From assembly GCF_963921235.1 (NCBI RefSeq), contig NC_086097.1, forward strand, positions 109,308,001 through 109,372,000: a stretch of 64,000 nucleotides of DNA, in the 5' to 3' direction. The number at the start of each line of letters is the position of its first letter. Position 1 is the first letter of the stretch. Made by a program: the position numbers and the translations under genes. The notes below the pieces were generated by a model. It saw only the letters and a list, made by a program, of their open reading frames with translations, had not been told where the DNA came from and did no database searches. Positions 23,850-37,045 of the stretch are shown here, piece after piece. Source of the stretch: Mobula hypostoma (Eukaryota).

Positions 23850-26830
23850 CCATATAACCATATAACAATTACAGCACAGAAACAGGCCATCTCGGCCCTT
23901 CTAGTCCGTGCCGAACGCTTACTCTCACCTAGTCCCACCGACTTGCACTCAGCCCATAACCTTCCATTCCTTTCCCGTCCATATAGCTATCCAATTTAAC
24001 CTTAAATGACAATATTGAACCTGCCTCAACCACTTCTGCTGGAAGCTTGTTCCACACAGCTACCACTCTCTGAGTAAGGAAGTTCCCTCTCATGTTACCC
24101 CTAAACTTTTGCCCTTTAACTCTCAACTCATGTCCTCTTGTTTGAATCTCTCCTCCCCGCAATGGGAAAAGCCTATCCACGTCAACTCTATCTATCCCCC
24201 TCATAATTTTAAATACCTCTATCAAATCCCCCCTCAACCTTCTATGCTCCAAAGATAAAGACCCAACTTGTTCAACCTTTCTCTGTAACTTAGGTGATGA
24301 AACCCAGGTAACATTCTAGTAAATCTTCTCTGTACTCTCTCTATTTTGTTGACATCTTTCCTATAATTCCAGGACCAGAACTGTACACAATACTCCAAAT
24401 TTGGCCTTACCAATGCCTTGTACAATTTCAACATTACATCCCAAATCCTATACTCAATGCTCTGATTTATAAAGGCCAGCATACCAAAAGCTTTCTTCGC
24501 CACCCTATCCACATGAGATTCCACCTTCAGGGAACTATGCACCATTATTCCTAGATCCCTCTGTTCTACTGCATTCTTCAATGCCCTACCGTTTACCATG
24601 TATGTCCTATTTTGATTAGTCCTACCAAAATGTAGCACCTCACATTTATCAGCATTAAACTCCATCTGCCATCTTTCAGCCCACTCTTCTAACTGGCCTA
24701 AATCTCTCTGCAAGCTTTGAAAACCTACTTCATTATCCACAACTCCACCTATCTTAGTATCATCTGCATACAGTACTTACTAATCCAATTTACCACCCCA
24801 TCATCCAGATCATTAATGTATATGACAAACAACATTGGACCCTGTACAGATCCCTGGGGCACACCACTAGTCACCGGCCTCCAATCTGACAAACAGTTAT
24901 CCACCACTACTCTCTGGCGTCTCCCATCCAGCCACTGCTGAATCCATTTTACTACTTCAATATTAATACCTAACGATTGAACTTCCTAATTAACCTTCCG
25001 TGTGGAACCTTGTCAAAGGCCTTACTGAAGTCCATATGGACAACATCCACCACTTTACCCTTGTCAACTTTCCTACTAACCTCTTCAAAAAATTCAAACA
25101 GATTTGTCAAACATGACTTTACATGCACAAATCCATATGGACTGTTCCTAATCAAATCCTGTCCATCCAGATAATTATATATACCATCTCTAAGAATACT
25201 TTCCATCAATTTACCCACCACTGACGTCAAACTCACAGGCTGATAATTGCTCGGTTTACTCTAAGAACCCTTTTTAAACAATGGAACCACATGAGCAATA
25301 GGCCAATCCTCTGGCACCATTCCCGTTTCTAATGACATTTGAAATATTTCTGTTAGAGCCCCTGCTATTTCCACACTAACTTCCCTCAAGGTCCTAGGGA
25401 ATATCCTGTTAGGACCCAGAGACTTATCCATTTTTATATTCCTTAAAAGTGCTAGTACTTGCTCTTCTTTAATCATCATATTTTCCATAGCCTCCCTAGA
25501 TGTTTCCCTTACCTTACACAATTTTAAATCCTTCTCCTTAGTGAATACTGAAGAAAAGAAATTGTTTAAAATCTCCCCCATCTCTTTTGGCTCCACACAT
25601 AGCTGTCTACTCTGATTCTCTAAGGGACCAATTTTATCCCTCACTATTCTTTTGCTATTAATATAACTGTAGAAACCCATTGGATTTATTTTCACCTTAC
25701 TTGCCAAAGCAACCTCGTAACTTCTTTTAGCTTTTCTAATTTCTTTCTTAAGATTCTTTTTACATTCTTTATATTCCTTGAGCACCTCATTTACTCCATG
25801 CTGCCTATATTTATTGTAGATATCTCTCTTTTTCCGAACCAAGTTTCCAATATCCCTTGAAAACCATGGCTCTCTCAAACTTTTAACCTTTGCTTTCAAC
25901 CTAACAAGAACATAAAGATTCTGTACCCTCAAAATTTCACCTTTAAATGACGTCCATTTCTCTATTACATCCTTCCCATAAAACAAATTGTCCCAATCCA
26001 CTCCTTCTAAATCCTTTCACATCTCCTTAAAGTTAACCTTTCTCCAATCAAAAATCTCAACCCTGGGCCCAGTCCTATCCTTCTCCATAATTATACTGAA
26101 ACTAATGGCATTGTGATTACCGGACCCGAAGTGCTCCCCAACACAAACCTCCGTCACCTGACCTATCTCATTCTCTAACAGGAGATCCAACACTGTCCCT
26201 TCTCTAGTTGGTACCTCTATGTATTGCTGCAAAAAACTATCTTGCACGCATTTGACAAACTCCAAACCATCCAGCCCTTTTACAGAATGCGCTTCCCAGT
26301 CTATGTGTGAAAAATTAAAATCTCCCACAATCACAGCCTTGTGCTTACTACAAATATCTGCTATTTCCTTAAAAAATTTGCTCCTCCATTTCTCGCTTCC
26401 CATTTGGTGGTCTATAATACACCCTTATAAGTGTTACTACACCTTTTCCATTCATCAATTCCAACCAAATAGCCTCCCTAGACGAGCCCTCTAATCTATC
26501 CAGTCAGAGCACCGCTGTTATATTTTCTCTGACAAGCAATGCAACACCTCCCCCTCTTGCCCCTCCAATTCTATCACACCTGAAGCAACGAAATCCTGGA
26601 ATATTTAGTTGCCAATCACACTCCTCCGGCAACCATGTTTCACTAATAGCTACAACATCATACTTCCAGGTATCAATTCATGCTCTAAGCTCATCCACTT
26701 TTCTTACGATGCTCCTAGCATTAAAATAAATGCACTTAAGAAAATTTTCACCTCTTACTCTCTGTTTATCACTAACGATGCAAACAACTTTACTATCTCC
26801 TTTTTCTTCCTTCTCCCCTACATCTGTTCC
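23850..26830 (-). mobile_element. CR1 LINE with nearly full ORF2 (EN+RT), frameshifted
   Basis: ORF chain 26403-23929: VIVGDFNF, INPMGFYSY, SLTSVVGKLME, DFSKAFDKVPH, LVRPNLEYC, RRLRGDLIE; (TTATATGG)n tail at 23850. Confidence 0.96.
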
Positions 26831-26833
26831 TGC

Positions 26834-28115
26834 TGTCATGTCCGGATTGGGGTCTCTTTAAATTTACTTTGCTTATGTTACGATCCGGACCGTTGACTCC
26901 CTGTTTCCCTTTGGTTCCCTGTTTTCCCGTGTCCCTTGGCCTTGGTGATTAGAGGCAATTTACTCTTGGCTGAACCGGTAGTTTATAGTCTCCGGCTTTC
27001 AGCTGTTTGGCGTGGGAGCATTTGCAAAGTCACCAAGGTATGGCGTGCCAATGTCATCTGGCTGGAGCAAGCCTAGTCTCCACCCGAAGCGAGTGCCAGT
27101 AACTCGCCTTTCCTCACCGGAGCAACCATGTCAAGTTACCTCGCCAAAGCGAGCCTGCAAAGTTCCTCACCGAGCTGGGTCTGTCAGTTAACCCTCTGGA
27201 GGGAATCAAGAACCGCTGTCTACTGTTCCTGGGCTGAGTTGAGAGCTTGCCACTACCCGGAGGCTCCAAGTCAAGTCCTGGCTCCGGGGCATCCAAGTAC
27301 CAAGTCATGACCCAGTCCTGCCGGCATCCAAGTTCCGAGTCAAGTCCTGGCCCTGGAGGTCTGTGATGCCTGTCCTACCCCCCTGTCTGAATCCCTTCTC
27401 TGCTCCTCTCGTCTCTAGCCCTCGTCTGCAGCCTTTGCCTGCACTTCGGTCTAGTTCTATCACTGGAGCTAGATAGGTACTGTCTGGTGTTCTTTCGTGT
27501 TGGTCTTGTCTTGTGCTCGCCTCCGTGGGGTAAGTCTGGCCGCCTTGCCATTGCCCCGCAGGGGGTCATGTCTTGTCTTGTCTTGTCCTCGCCTCCGTGG
27601 GGTAAGACAGGCCATCTTGCTGTTGCCCCGTGGGGGGTCATGAGTCCCGGCCCTATGTCCTGTACCCAAGGAGGGGTCCTGGCTCTCTGTTCTGTGTGTG
27701 AGTCCCGGTCCTATGTCCTGTCCCCAAGGAGGGGTCCCGGCTCTGTGTTCTGTGTATGTGTCCATGGTTCCATGTACCTGCTCTCCCGAGACCGAGGCTC
27801 TGTTTTCCATGTTCCTCCTCTCCCTAGCCCATGTCATGTCCATGCCTGGTTCTGAGGGCTGAGCCCGAGGCAAGACCCAGGTACTGGGTCCTTGCCCAGT
27901 CTCTGGCTCGGAGTCCATACCTCAGCCTCTTCATGTCGCTTCTAGTTCTGGGATCCGATTCCGAGTCCAAGCCCAGACCCTTGGTCCCAGCCTAGTCGTA
28001 GTCCTGAGTCCCTGTCCAGTTCGCTATTCCTGCTCCTGCCTTGTTCTCCTGGTATCGAACAATAAGCTAAATCTCATTAACCTCACAAAATGTGTCTTGT
28101 ATTTGGGTCCACCCA
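26834..28115 (+). mobile_element. LTR-like element (partial or solo LTR), related to 61465-62721
   Basis: Starts TGTCATG. Shares the GTCTTGTCC.CGCCTC.GTGGGGTAAG internal repeats and TGTGTCTTG.ATTTGGGTCC near its end with the TSD-flanked LTR. No TSD found. Confidence 0.7.
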
Positions 28116-28977
28116 AAGCCACTGGAAGGGGCTGGGAGATGTGCTCGACTGCATCTCCAATGTGGTATATCAGGTGCTGTTGCCTGAGCAGCAGAAGACA
28201 GTTGTACTACACTGGGACCGGCTGGGGCAGTATCAGTGTTGGCCATCACAGACCCAGTGAAGCGGAAGGAAGAGGTAATACTCCGAGTGTCCTGCCTCTT
28301 GCCTCACCAAACAGTGCTTTCCCTGGGGGAGGGGGCTACAGAAACACCTCCCTGCGCCCCTGGCAGCAGCGTTGACCACCATTGGGACTCTCCAATTTTA
28401 TTGTGGACTCTTAGGATGCCAGGGATGGCTGCCCCTCAGGTGGGGGCAGTGTGGTGCTCCGGGGGCCTGGTCGACAACTTGCCCCAGCATTCTTAGCAGC
28501 CAAAACTATTTGTTCTTCTTGTTTTAAAGTGCTTTCATGGGACTATGGTGGGATGATGTTCAAGTTCATTTATTGTTACATTTTAGGTTGGGTTAATCAC
28601 TTGTGTGTTTGTTTGCTACTCTGAATGTAACTGGGGTGTGTAATAATCATCTCCTCCGTCTGTATGGTTCTCACTGTGTGATGGCACTCTGTCGTTTATT
28701 GTGCTTGCCATAATAAAACCAGCAGTTGAGATAAACAAGCTTTTCTCATCTGTCATCATGGACTGAATGCTTGCCACAATATACTTACTGTAATTCATAA
28801 CATATATGATACTAAATCTGATTCTGATTTTGATACTGTAGACAAATTCAAGGTGTGAGGCTTCGTGTTGTTCCTTTATTGAATATAGCATTGGTTGCAA
28901 TGACTAACCGACAGTGACAGCAGCATTTTCATTCCAAGGGTTTAAAACTACCTGTGTCTGATCATTTGAACATAAAT

Positions 28978-29868
28978 TCTGCAAAGGTTGGTGGTGTTGT
29001 AGATAGTGTAGAGGATTGTCAAAGATTGCAGAGAGACATTGATAGGATGCAGAAGTGGGCTGAGAAGTGGCAGATGGAGTTCAACCCGGAGAAGTGTGAG
29101 GTGGTACACTTTGGAAGGACAAACTCCAAGGCAGAGTACAAAGTAAACGGCAGGATACTTGGTAGTGTGAAGGAGCAGAGGGATCTGGGGGTACATGTCC
29201 ACAGATCCCTGAAAGTTGCCTCACAGGTGGTTAGGGTAGTTAAGAAAGCTTATGGTGTGTTAGTTTTCATAAGTCGAGGGATAGAGTTTAAGAGTCGCGA
29301 TGTAATGATGCAGCTCTATAAAACTCTGGTTAGGCCACACTTGGAGTACTGTGTCCATTTCTGGTCACCTCACTATAGGAAGGATGTGGAAGCATTGGAA
29401 AAGGTACAGAGGAGATTTACCAGGATGCTGCCTGGTTTAGAGAGTATGCATTATGATCAGAGATTAAGGGAGCTAGGGCTTTACTCTTTGGAGAGAGGGA
29501 GGATGAGAGGAGACATGATAGAGGTATACAAGATAATAAGAGGAACAGATAGAGTGGATAGCCAGTGCCCCTTCCCCAGGGCACCACTGCTCAATACAAG
29601 AGGACATGGCTTTAAGGTAAGGGGTGGGAAGTTCAAGGGGGATATTAGAGGAAGGTTTTTTACTCAGTGGTTGGTGTGTGGAATGCACTGCCTGAGTCAG
29701 TGGTGGAGACAGGTACACTAGTGAAGTTTAAGAGACTACTAGACAGGTATATGGAGGAATTTAAGGCGGGGGCTTATATGGGAGGCAGGGTTTGAGGGAC
29801 GGCACAACATTGTGGGCCAAAGGGCCTGTACTGTGCTGTACTTTTGTATGTTCTGTGTTCTATGTTCT
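28978..29868 (+). mobile_element. CR1 3' fragment, relatively young
   Basis: 255-aa ORF (KVGGVVDS...WQMEFNPEKCE...LVRPHLEYC...RMRGD); TGTTCTA tail. Confidence 0.96.
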
Positions 29869-30464
29869 AACACTGATTTCCCATCATGGAAACAATCCTG
29901 ATAGAACAGTGAGGTGAGGAGTATGCGAAGAGCATGATATACACCTTCATTATTCACTTTGTGGAACTTGCTTTCTGAGAAATATTATTTAGTGCTTTAG
30001 CTGTATTAAATATTGAAGAGCAGAAGTGGGACTGCACGAAAAGGGAGGCATAAGGTGCAGGGGATAATGGGTGATAAGCCCTGTACCATATGTGGAAGCA
30101 TGAATAGAAAGTGGCAACATCTTTTTGTTTTAAGGAGGTAGGAGAATGTCTGTTTAGAGCAGATAAGTTGAAGAATTGAGGTTATAACAGTGTTTTTAAA
30201 CAGGATTATGGATTGACTGTACTGAATAGAGCTAGAGCAGAATTTGGAACTATTTAAGATACGAACAAATTAGGATTAGTTGAAGTATGTACAGGATAAT
30301 ATAGCTCAGGAGTCTAGCAGACAGGGGACTGGAAAAGAAGCAGAATGAGGGTGTAGATTAAAAATCAGCAATAATAAGGTGAGACTGGGAAGAAGACAAG
30401 CAATTTTGTCCATCATTTAGGGGAATTTTAATGTAATACGGGAGAAGCAGCTTTCTGCAGGGGT

Positions 30465-31327
30465 TGCTCCCTACACGATTCCTTTGCCCATTACACCCTT
30501 CCCATTGATCTCCCTTCTGGTACTTATCCTTGCAAGCGGAACACCTGCTCTACACCTCCTCCTTCACTACCATTTAGGGCCCTAAATAATCCCTCCAGGT
30601 GAGGCGACACTTCACCTATGAATCTGTTAGGGTCACCCGCCACATCTGGTGCTCCCAGTGTGGCCTCCCGTATATTGGTGAGGCCGGACTTAGAATGGGA
30701 GACCGCTTTGCCAAGCACGTACGCTCCGTCTACCACAAAGAGCGGGTTCTCCTGGTCACCACCCACTTCAATTCTACTTCCCATTCTGACGTGTCAGGTC
30801 ATGGCCTCCTCTATTGCTGCAATGAGGCATGCTCAGGCCGGAGGAGCAACACCATATATTCTGTCTGGGTAGCCTCCAACCTGATACATGAACATCGATT
30901 TCTCGAACTTCCGGTAACTTCCCTCACCCCCATCATTCCCATTCCTGTTTCCCTCTCTCACTTAATCTCCTTACCTGCTCGTTACCTCCCTCTGGTGCTC
31001 CTCCCCCTTCCCTTTCTTCCATGGCCTTGTGTCCTCTCCTATCGGATTCTCCCTTCTCCAGCCCTTTATCTCTTTCACCAATCATGTTCCCAGCTCTCTA
31101 CATCACCCCTCCTCCTCTCCCAGTTTCACCAACAACCTTGTACTTCTTCCTCTCCTCCCCCCACCTTCTTGCTCTAATTCTCATCTTTTTTCCAGTCCTG
31201 ATGAAGGGTCTCGACCCTCAGCGTTGACTGTACTTTTTTCCATAGATGTCGCCTGGCCTGCTGAGTTCCTCCAGCATTTTGTGTGTGTTGCACAGATTTC
31301 CAGCATCTGCAGATTTTCTCTCCTTTG
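30465..31327 (+). mobile_element. Penelope-like element 3' part: GIY-YIG endonuclease remnant and terminus
   Basis: RHFTYES...CSQCGLPYIGEAG.RMGDRFAKH...HFNS (GIY-YIG), pyrimidine tract, CTGATGA hammerhead-like motif at 31192-31230 in the same sense. Confidence 0.9.
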
Positions 31328-31554
31328 TGGGAGGAGAAGCTGTGTGAACAGCAAATAAGTGAATGTGACTTGTACTGAAGAGACAAACGATTGATACATT
31401 TTAGAAAATAAGAAAGGGATGTAGTTTTGAGCGCTGTAGTTACAGTAAGGTTTTATGTACCTTTTATTCCTCTCCATTCATTCTGCCTGACCTGATGAGT
31501 TTCTCCAGCATTTTGTTTCTGTTACTCTGTATTGCCAGCATCAGCAGAGTCTCT

Positions 31555-31797
31555 GTTTGTTTGTTTGTTTGTTTATTTATTTATTGAACATGGAATAGGC
31601 CTTTCTAGCCCTTTGAGCTATGCTGCCCTGATTTATTCTTAGCCTAATCATGAGACAATTTGCAAGCCTACCTACCAGTACATCTTTGTACTGTGGGAGG
31701 GAACTGGAGCACCTGGAGAAAACCCGGATGGTCACCGGGAGAATGGGAAATGAACCCAGGTCACCAGTACTGTAAAGCCTTGTGCTAACCACTACAC
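31555..31797 (-). mobile_element. V-SINE (HE1-like)
   Basis: tRNA-like head GTGTAGTGGTTAGCAC..GGGTTCA, V-domain GGGTTTTCTCCAGGTGCTCCAGTTCCCTCCCACAGT, (AAAT/AAAC)n tail. Confidence 0.8.
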
Positions 31798-33984
31798 AAT
31801 CTTGCTTTAAGTACTAAAATGGTATTCAGAAAGCATATCGTTGTAAGACTGAACAGCATCATTTCATAATTGTGCAAACCTGTACATAAGAACTTTGGGA
31901 AAATTAGGCTTGACACCAGGTGATATCTATCTATTTCAAGAAATGGAAGACTGAAATGGTTCATGGGATTTCATCAAGTATTTATATTTCAATTAACTAA
32001 CAGGTAGTTCCAGCTGACACCTGAATTTGTCGTTGCATCAGGAATTGCAGTAGGTAACAGGGTTTAACTTTCACAGATGCATGGCCCATTGACTCCCTGA
32101 TTTCATAAAGACAATTTTCTTTCAATTTCACGTACTTCCTTTAAAGCTTAGCACACTTGGAATGAAATGCTTATGTTCAATTGAGACAAACTTCTTCATT
32201 TATTTTGATACAATTCTTCTGGACGATAGAAACAGTGTCTTGCCAATAGGTTGAAGGAGAGCCTGAATTATTTTTGTGAAATGGATGTGTCTAAGGGGTT
32301 CTATGGGTATGTATACATTCCATATTGTGTGCTTATGCAGACATGTGGTATGTATATTTGCATGCATGTGCCTGAATATATATATTATGGTTGTCAATAT
32401 TTATGTTCTGTTTAGTCTTAGAGAGCCATCTTCTTTGTTTTCACCTCTTTCTGCAGAAGTTAAGTGTACCTCTGCAGCTGTCAGGCAATGCTGGAAAGAG
32501 TCCAGGAACCATAAACCACATAAAGATTTGCACCCAGGGACTTGTATTTGATTTAATTTACACTACAACTTGGGAGAGCAAATGTGACTCTTTTTAAATC
32601 TTCCAATGAATGATAATTAAGATTCTTCTCTAAATGTATGCTTTTCCATTTGCTACATAATTTCACTAATATAAAATATTTATTACCCCATGCCAGAATG
32701 AAGAATATCAAATGAACGCAATGGCTTTTTTCTTGATTCTTTCTATCAGTTCTATATTCTATAGATATTGTATGACTGGTGGTCTTGTAGGTTTTCACAA
32801 ATAAAACGATGCGAGGCGTTTTATGTTTAAGAAAACCATAACAACTCATTTATTGTACTCCAAACACTGAACAAAAAAGGTGCGGTTAGAAGAACTTCAC
32901 GTAATACTTCATTGTGTCAGACCAGCCTCTTAAAGTGAACCCCAATTCAACATCAGTGATTGTGAATTATGTACGTTTCCACCGTACAGTCTGTTCTGGG
33001 GGGGTGGGGGTGGGGGAGGGTGGCGTGGATTCCGTAGAATAAACTGAGGATCTGGAAGCAAAGGTTGCTCAGCAAAGCTGAATCTGAGGAAAGTGCTTGG
33101 ATATTAAGCAATGACCAGCCTAAGTACCTATTAAATGTTAATTGCCTATGTAGGAGTGTATTCAATGTCTTTATATCCTGAAAAATACTGGTCCTATGAC
33201 ATGTTACAATGCCGGGCAAATTGGGCTGAAATTGATTCTCTGTGCTCTGCCACACATGAAAAAACAAATATTCATAATTGCACAAGGGAAATATCACAAG
33301 CCATTTAGGATGTTACAGAGTATTGCAAGTATTTACAAAGGAAAATAAAATAGAAGCAATTCAGCTGGCCTACAGTTTGGTACAAAACTGTTACATAAGT
33401 GACCTTTGGTTTTAATGATATTAATTATATTTTAAGCATCACTTAGAGATAGATAATTATACTGCCATTAAAAGGTTGACATAAACTGTCACTGTATTCA
33501 GCACTGCATAATTAGAATTTAGATTCCTGAATGGTACAGTAAACTTATTATTACAAAGAACTTTTGGAGCAGAAGCATTTGGAAACTGACTGCAGCAACT
33601 AAAAGGAATTCAGTTAGGCATTTCTTCTGGGATGGACAACATTTAGGGAATTTAAAAATATGAAAAGTTGACTTTAATGTACAATAAGACATGATTTTAG
33701 TCAAAAATTTGGTTTGCAATGCTGTTTTGTGGCAGCTTTTAATTTTGCACTATGGCCATGAAATGATAATGAGAGTTAGCAACGGAGAAATAAATAGTCC
33801 ATTTGGTCAATGTCAGCTTCTGGTAGAACATTCTTACCTGTACCATTCCCAACTCTCTTCCCATTGCCTTCAACATCATCCTCTCTCTATCTAATTGGAG
33901 TTTGAAGGTATGGATTGGTTCTATTTTCTACCTAGTCGTAGTGGATTCCTCATGGAAAGCATGGGGCTCAGCAGTTAGTGATTG

Positions 33985-34620
33985 TGTTCAGCCTGGTTGC
34001 CTCATTATAGGAAGGATGCGCAGGTTTTTGAGAGGGTGCAGAGGCCTGGATTAGAGTGCATGTCTTGTGAAGGTAGTTTAAGCGAGCTAATCTTTTCTCC
34101 TTGGAGCAAAGGAGAATGAGAGGTGATGATAGAAGTGTGTAAGATGATGAGGGAGCTAGATTGAGTGGATAGCCAGGGTAGAAATGGCTACTATAAGGGG
34201 CAGTATTCTGAAATGATTGGAGGGATATATCAGAGTCCTGACGAAGGGTCTCAGCCTGAAACGTCGAGTGTATCTCTTCCTATAGATGCTGCCTGGCCTG
34301 CTGCGTTCACCAGCAATTTTTATGTGTGTTGCTTGAAATTCCAGCATCTGCAGATTTCCTCGTGTTTGCGGAGGGATATAGATTTTTTTTTACGCAGAGA
34401 GAGATGGGCGTATGGAACATGCTGCCAGGGGTGGTGGTGTTGGCAGTCATGTTATGGGGCATTTAAGAGACTCTTAGATAGACAGAAAGATGAAAGAAAA
34501 ATGGTGGGCTATGTGGAAGGGAAGAGTTAGATTGTTCTTAAAGTAGGTTAATGGATTGGCACAACATTGTGGTCAGAAGGGCTTGTACTGTGCTGTACTG
34601 TCTTACGTTCTGTGTTCTAA
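33985..34620 (+). mobile_element. Degenerate CR1 3' end, interrupted at 34230-34369
   Basis: CATTATAGGAAGGATG, AGAATGAGAGGTGA, GGCACAACATTGTGG and TGTTCT tail. Confidence 0.8.
34230..34369 (+). mobile_element. 140-bp Penelope-terminus insertion consisting of a hammerhead motif plus 3' end
   Basis: 11-bp TSD GGAGGGATATA (34219-34229, 34370-34380); core CTGACGA (34238-34244) and GAAACGTC (34258-34265). Confidence 0.88.
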
Positions 34621-34949
34621 CTCCTCAGACTCGACTTGATCCTAACATTGGGTGCTGTCAGTGTGCATTTTTGTCTGTGACTATGTGTGTTTCTACTGGA
34701 TGTTTTTGTATCCTCCCACATCCCAGCAATATGCTGTAAGCAATCCCCTGTTGTAGGTAAGCCATAAAAGTACCAAAAGGAAATTGATAGGCATGTGTGA
34801 CAGAGTATATGCTGCAGGGAAATGGGACTTTACTGGAAACTGCCTGGACCTGATGGGCTGAATGGCCACAGTGCTTTTCTAGCACTTCCCTGATTTACTT
34901 GCTCAAATAATTCCAGTCAATTCAAAGGTGTGATCTATTACTTTTGAAA

Positions 34950-35690
34950 AATAAGACCATAAGGCCATTCGGTACATCAACTCTTCTCCACCATTCCATC
35001 ATGGCTAATATATTATCCCTTTTAACCCCATTCTCTTTCTTTCTCCCTGTAACCTTTGCACCTTTACTAATTAAGAACCTATCAACCTCCACTTTAAATA
35101 TACCCAATGACTTAGCCTCCATACCCATTTGAGGCTATGAATTCCACAGATTCACCACCCTCAGGCTAAAGAAATTCCTCCTTATCCCAGAGTACTCAAA
35201 TGCTCCTCAAATGCTCACCTTTTCATTCCTCAGATCATTCTCATAAACCTCCTCTGTACCCTTCCTAATACTAGCACATCCTTTCTTATAAAGCCTCAGT
35301 GTTACATCCTTGCTGTTGTGTTCTAGTCCTCTTGAAATGAGTACTAACATTGCATTTGCCATCCTTATCACCAACTCAACCTACAAGTTAACCTTCAGGG
35401 AATCTTGCAAAAGGGCTCCCACATCCATTTGCACCTCTGATTTCTGAATTTGCTCCCTGTATAGAAACTAGTCTACATCTTTATTCCTTCTACCAAAGTG
35501 CATGGCGTTACGCTTCTTTACATTGTATTCCATCTCTGCCCATTCTCCCTGTCTGTCCAAGTCCTTCTGCAGACTGCCTGCTTCCTCACACTACCTGCCC
35601 CTCCACCTACCTTCATATTGTCTGCAAACTTGGTTACAAAGCCATCAATTCTGTCATCCAAATTATTATTGTATAGGATTAAAAAAAGTG
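34950..35690 (-). mobile_element. Degenerate CR1 3' part
   Basis: Reverse complement gives TTTGCAGACAATATGAAGGTAGGTGG and AGGGTGGTGAATCTGTGGAATTC; ORF EAKSLGIFKVEVDRFL. Confidence 0.85.
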
Positions 35691-36194
35691 CCCCCCCAAC
35701 ACAAACTCTCGAAAATACTAACTTCTTACAGAATTTGCCTTCTACAAGTATCAGTACAATACTCTATTCATTTACAGAATAAAAGAACTTTACAGCTCTG
35801 AAGAAATCTATTCAGACTTTGAGGTTGGATTGAAAGAACTGCAGGTATTCAGCAGGAACACTCCATCATGCCATAACTTATAGCTGCACTGGATCTTGTT
35901 GGAATTGAAATATACCCTGCTCTATATCAGGGAGCAATGTCTTGTCAGTCAGTAGGTAGTGCTGCTGTCAGAATGCCCTGGCAGTTGTTGAGAGAAGACA
36001 ATGATAAAAACCTCTAATAATCTTCCACCAATACTCAACATTTTGTCTATATTTTGTAGAACCAGTATTGTTAGGAGGTGACAATAGTGTAAATCCCTCA
36101 TTTTCTTTAACATATTTCCTTTAAAGAAATAACTTACGATCTATTTAGCTTGGAAGTGCATGTGGGTTTAGATGCAGGATGGCTCCAGCACATT

Positions 36195-37045
36195 TTCAAT
36201 TCAAATTTCAAAGTTCAAACTCCATTTATTATCAAAGTATGTATACATTATAGAACTTTGAGATTTGTCTCCTTACAGGCAACCACAAAACAAATAAACC
36301 CGATAAGAACCCATTAAAAAATGACCATCAAATATCCAATGTGCAGAGAGAAAAATAACCAAATCATGCAAACAATAAAAGTAAGTAAATCCAGAAATGA
36401 ACTTTGCAAAAGTTCACACAGTCACGAAGCCAGTCGTCACTGAAGCCAATCCAGGAGCACATTAGTTGCAGGCCACAGCCTCAGTTTAGCGCAGAAATAA
36501 GTAGACCACGCAGAGCGGCGAGCTGCATTGGCCTGTCCCTTACTTCCAGCCACGACACCCTGACTTTCTCAATTTTGCTGCTGCTTAAATCAGACTTCTA
36601 GTCATTCCTCGTTTTCAGACCTGGGCCTTGCCGCTTTGATGCGGTCTCAGGCCTGGCCCTGCCGCTTTGATGCAGTCTCGGGCCTGGGCCCTGCCGCCTT
36701 GATTCAGATCATACCCAACTTTTCCAATTCGGTCCAACACCTAAGTTGATCAAACTTCAGGACTTCCCTCGCTTTTGGGCTCAGGTTCGGGTCCTGCCAC
36801 CTCGACTGGGCCTTGCCTCGGCTCTGTTGCATCAAATCGTCTCCAAGTCCACTCCAGCAATGGCTCACTCTCTGCTCTCGGATCCATGCCCCACCACCTC
36901 AACACAGCCTAAACCCGCCATGCTGCAACAGGCCTGCACCCTCAAGACTTCAGTTCTCTCCAGAAAAATGCCAGTTTAAAAGCTCAACTCCGAGAAGTTA
37001 CAGGCTACTGATTGCAGTGATTGTTTACCAGAAAAAGTGTGATGA
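36195..37045 (-). mobile_element. Unclassified non-autonomous interspersed repeat with internal 31-32 bp tandem repeat
   Basis: AATAAA plus (TTTGAA)n tail on the minus strand at 36195-36235, with similar tails near 7815 and 37265; CCTGGGCC.TGCCGCTTTGATGC repeats at 36620-36705. Confidence 0.5.

Noticed and set aside
27469..27918. Repetitive ORFs in the LTR-like element
   Set aside because: They arise from GC-rich tandem repeats and show no domain motifs.
28789..28840. Minus-strand mini-exon ending in GTAAGT
   Set aside because: Mostly the AATCAGAATCAG tail of a Rex-type repeat; no supporting frame context.
32823..32988. Short TG..CA segment as a solo LTR
   Set aside because: No TSD and no second copy in the window.
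33838..33886. Minus-strand exon (REDDVEGNGKRVGNGT) in phase with the candidate terminal exon
   Set aside because: Good donor but weak acceptor, and the sequence resembles a decayed CR1 3' end.
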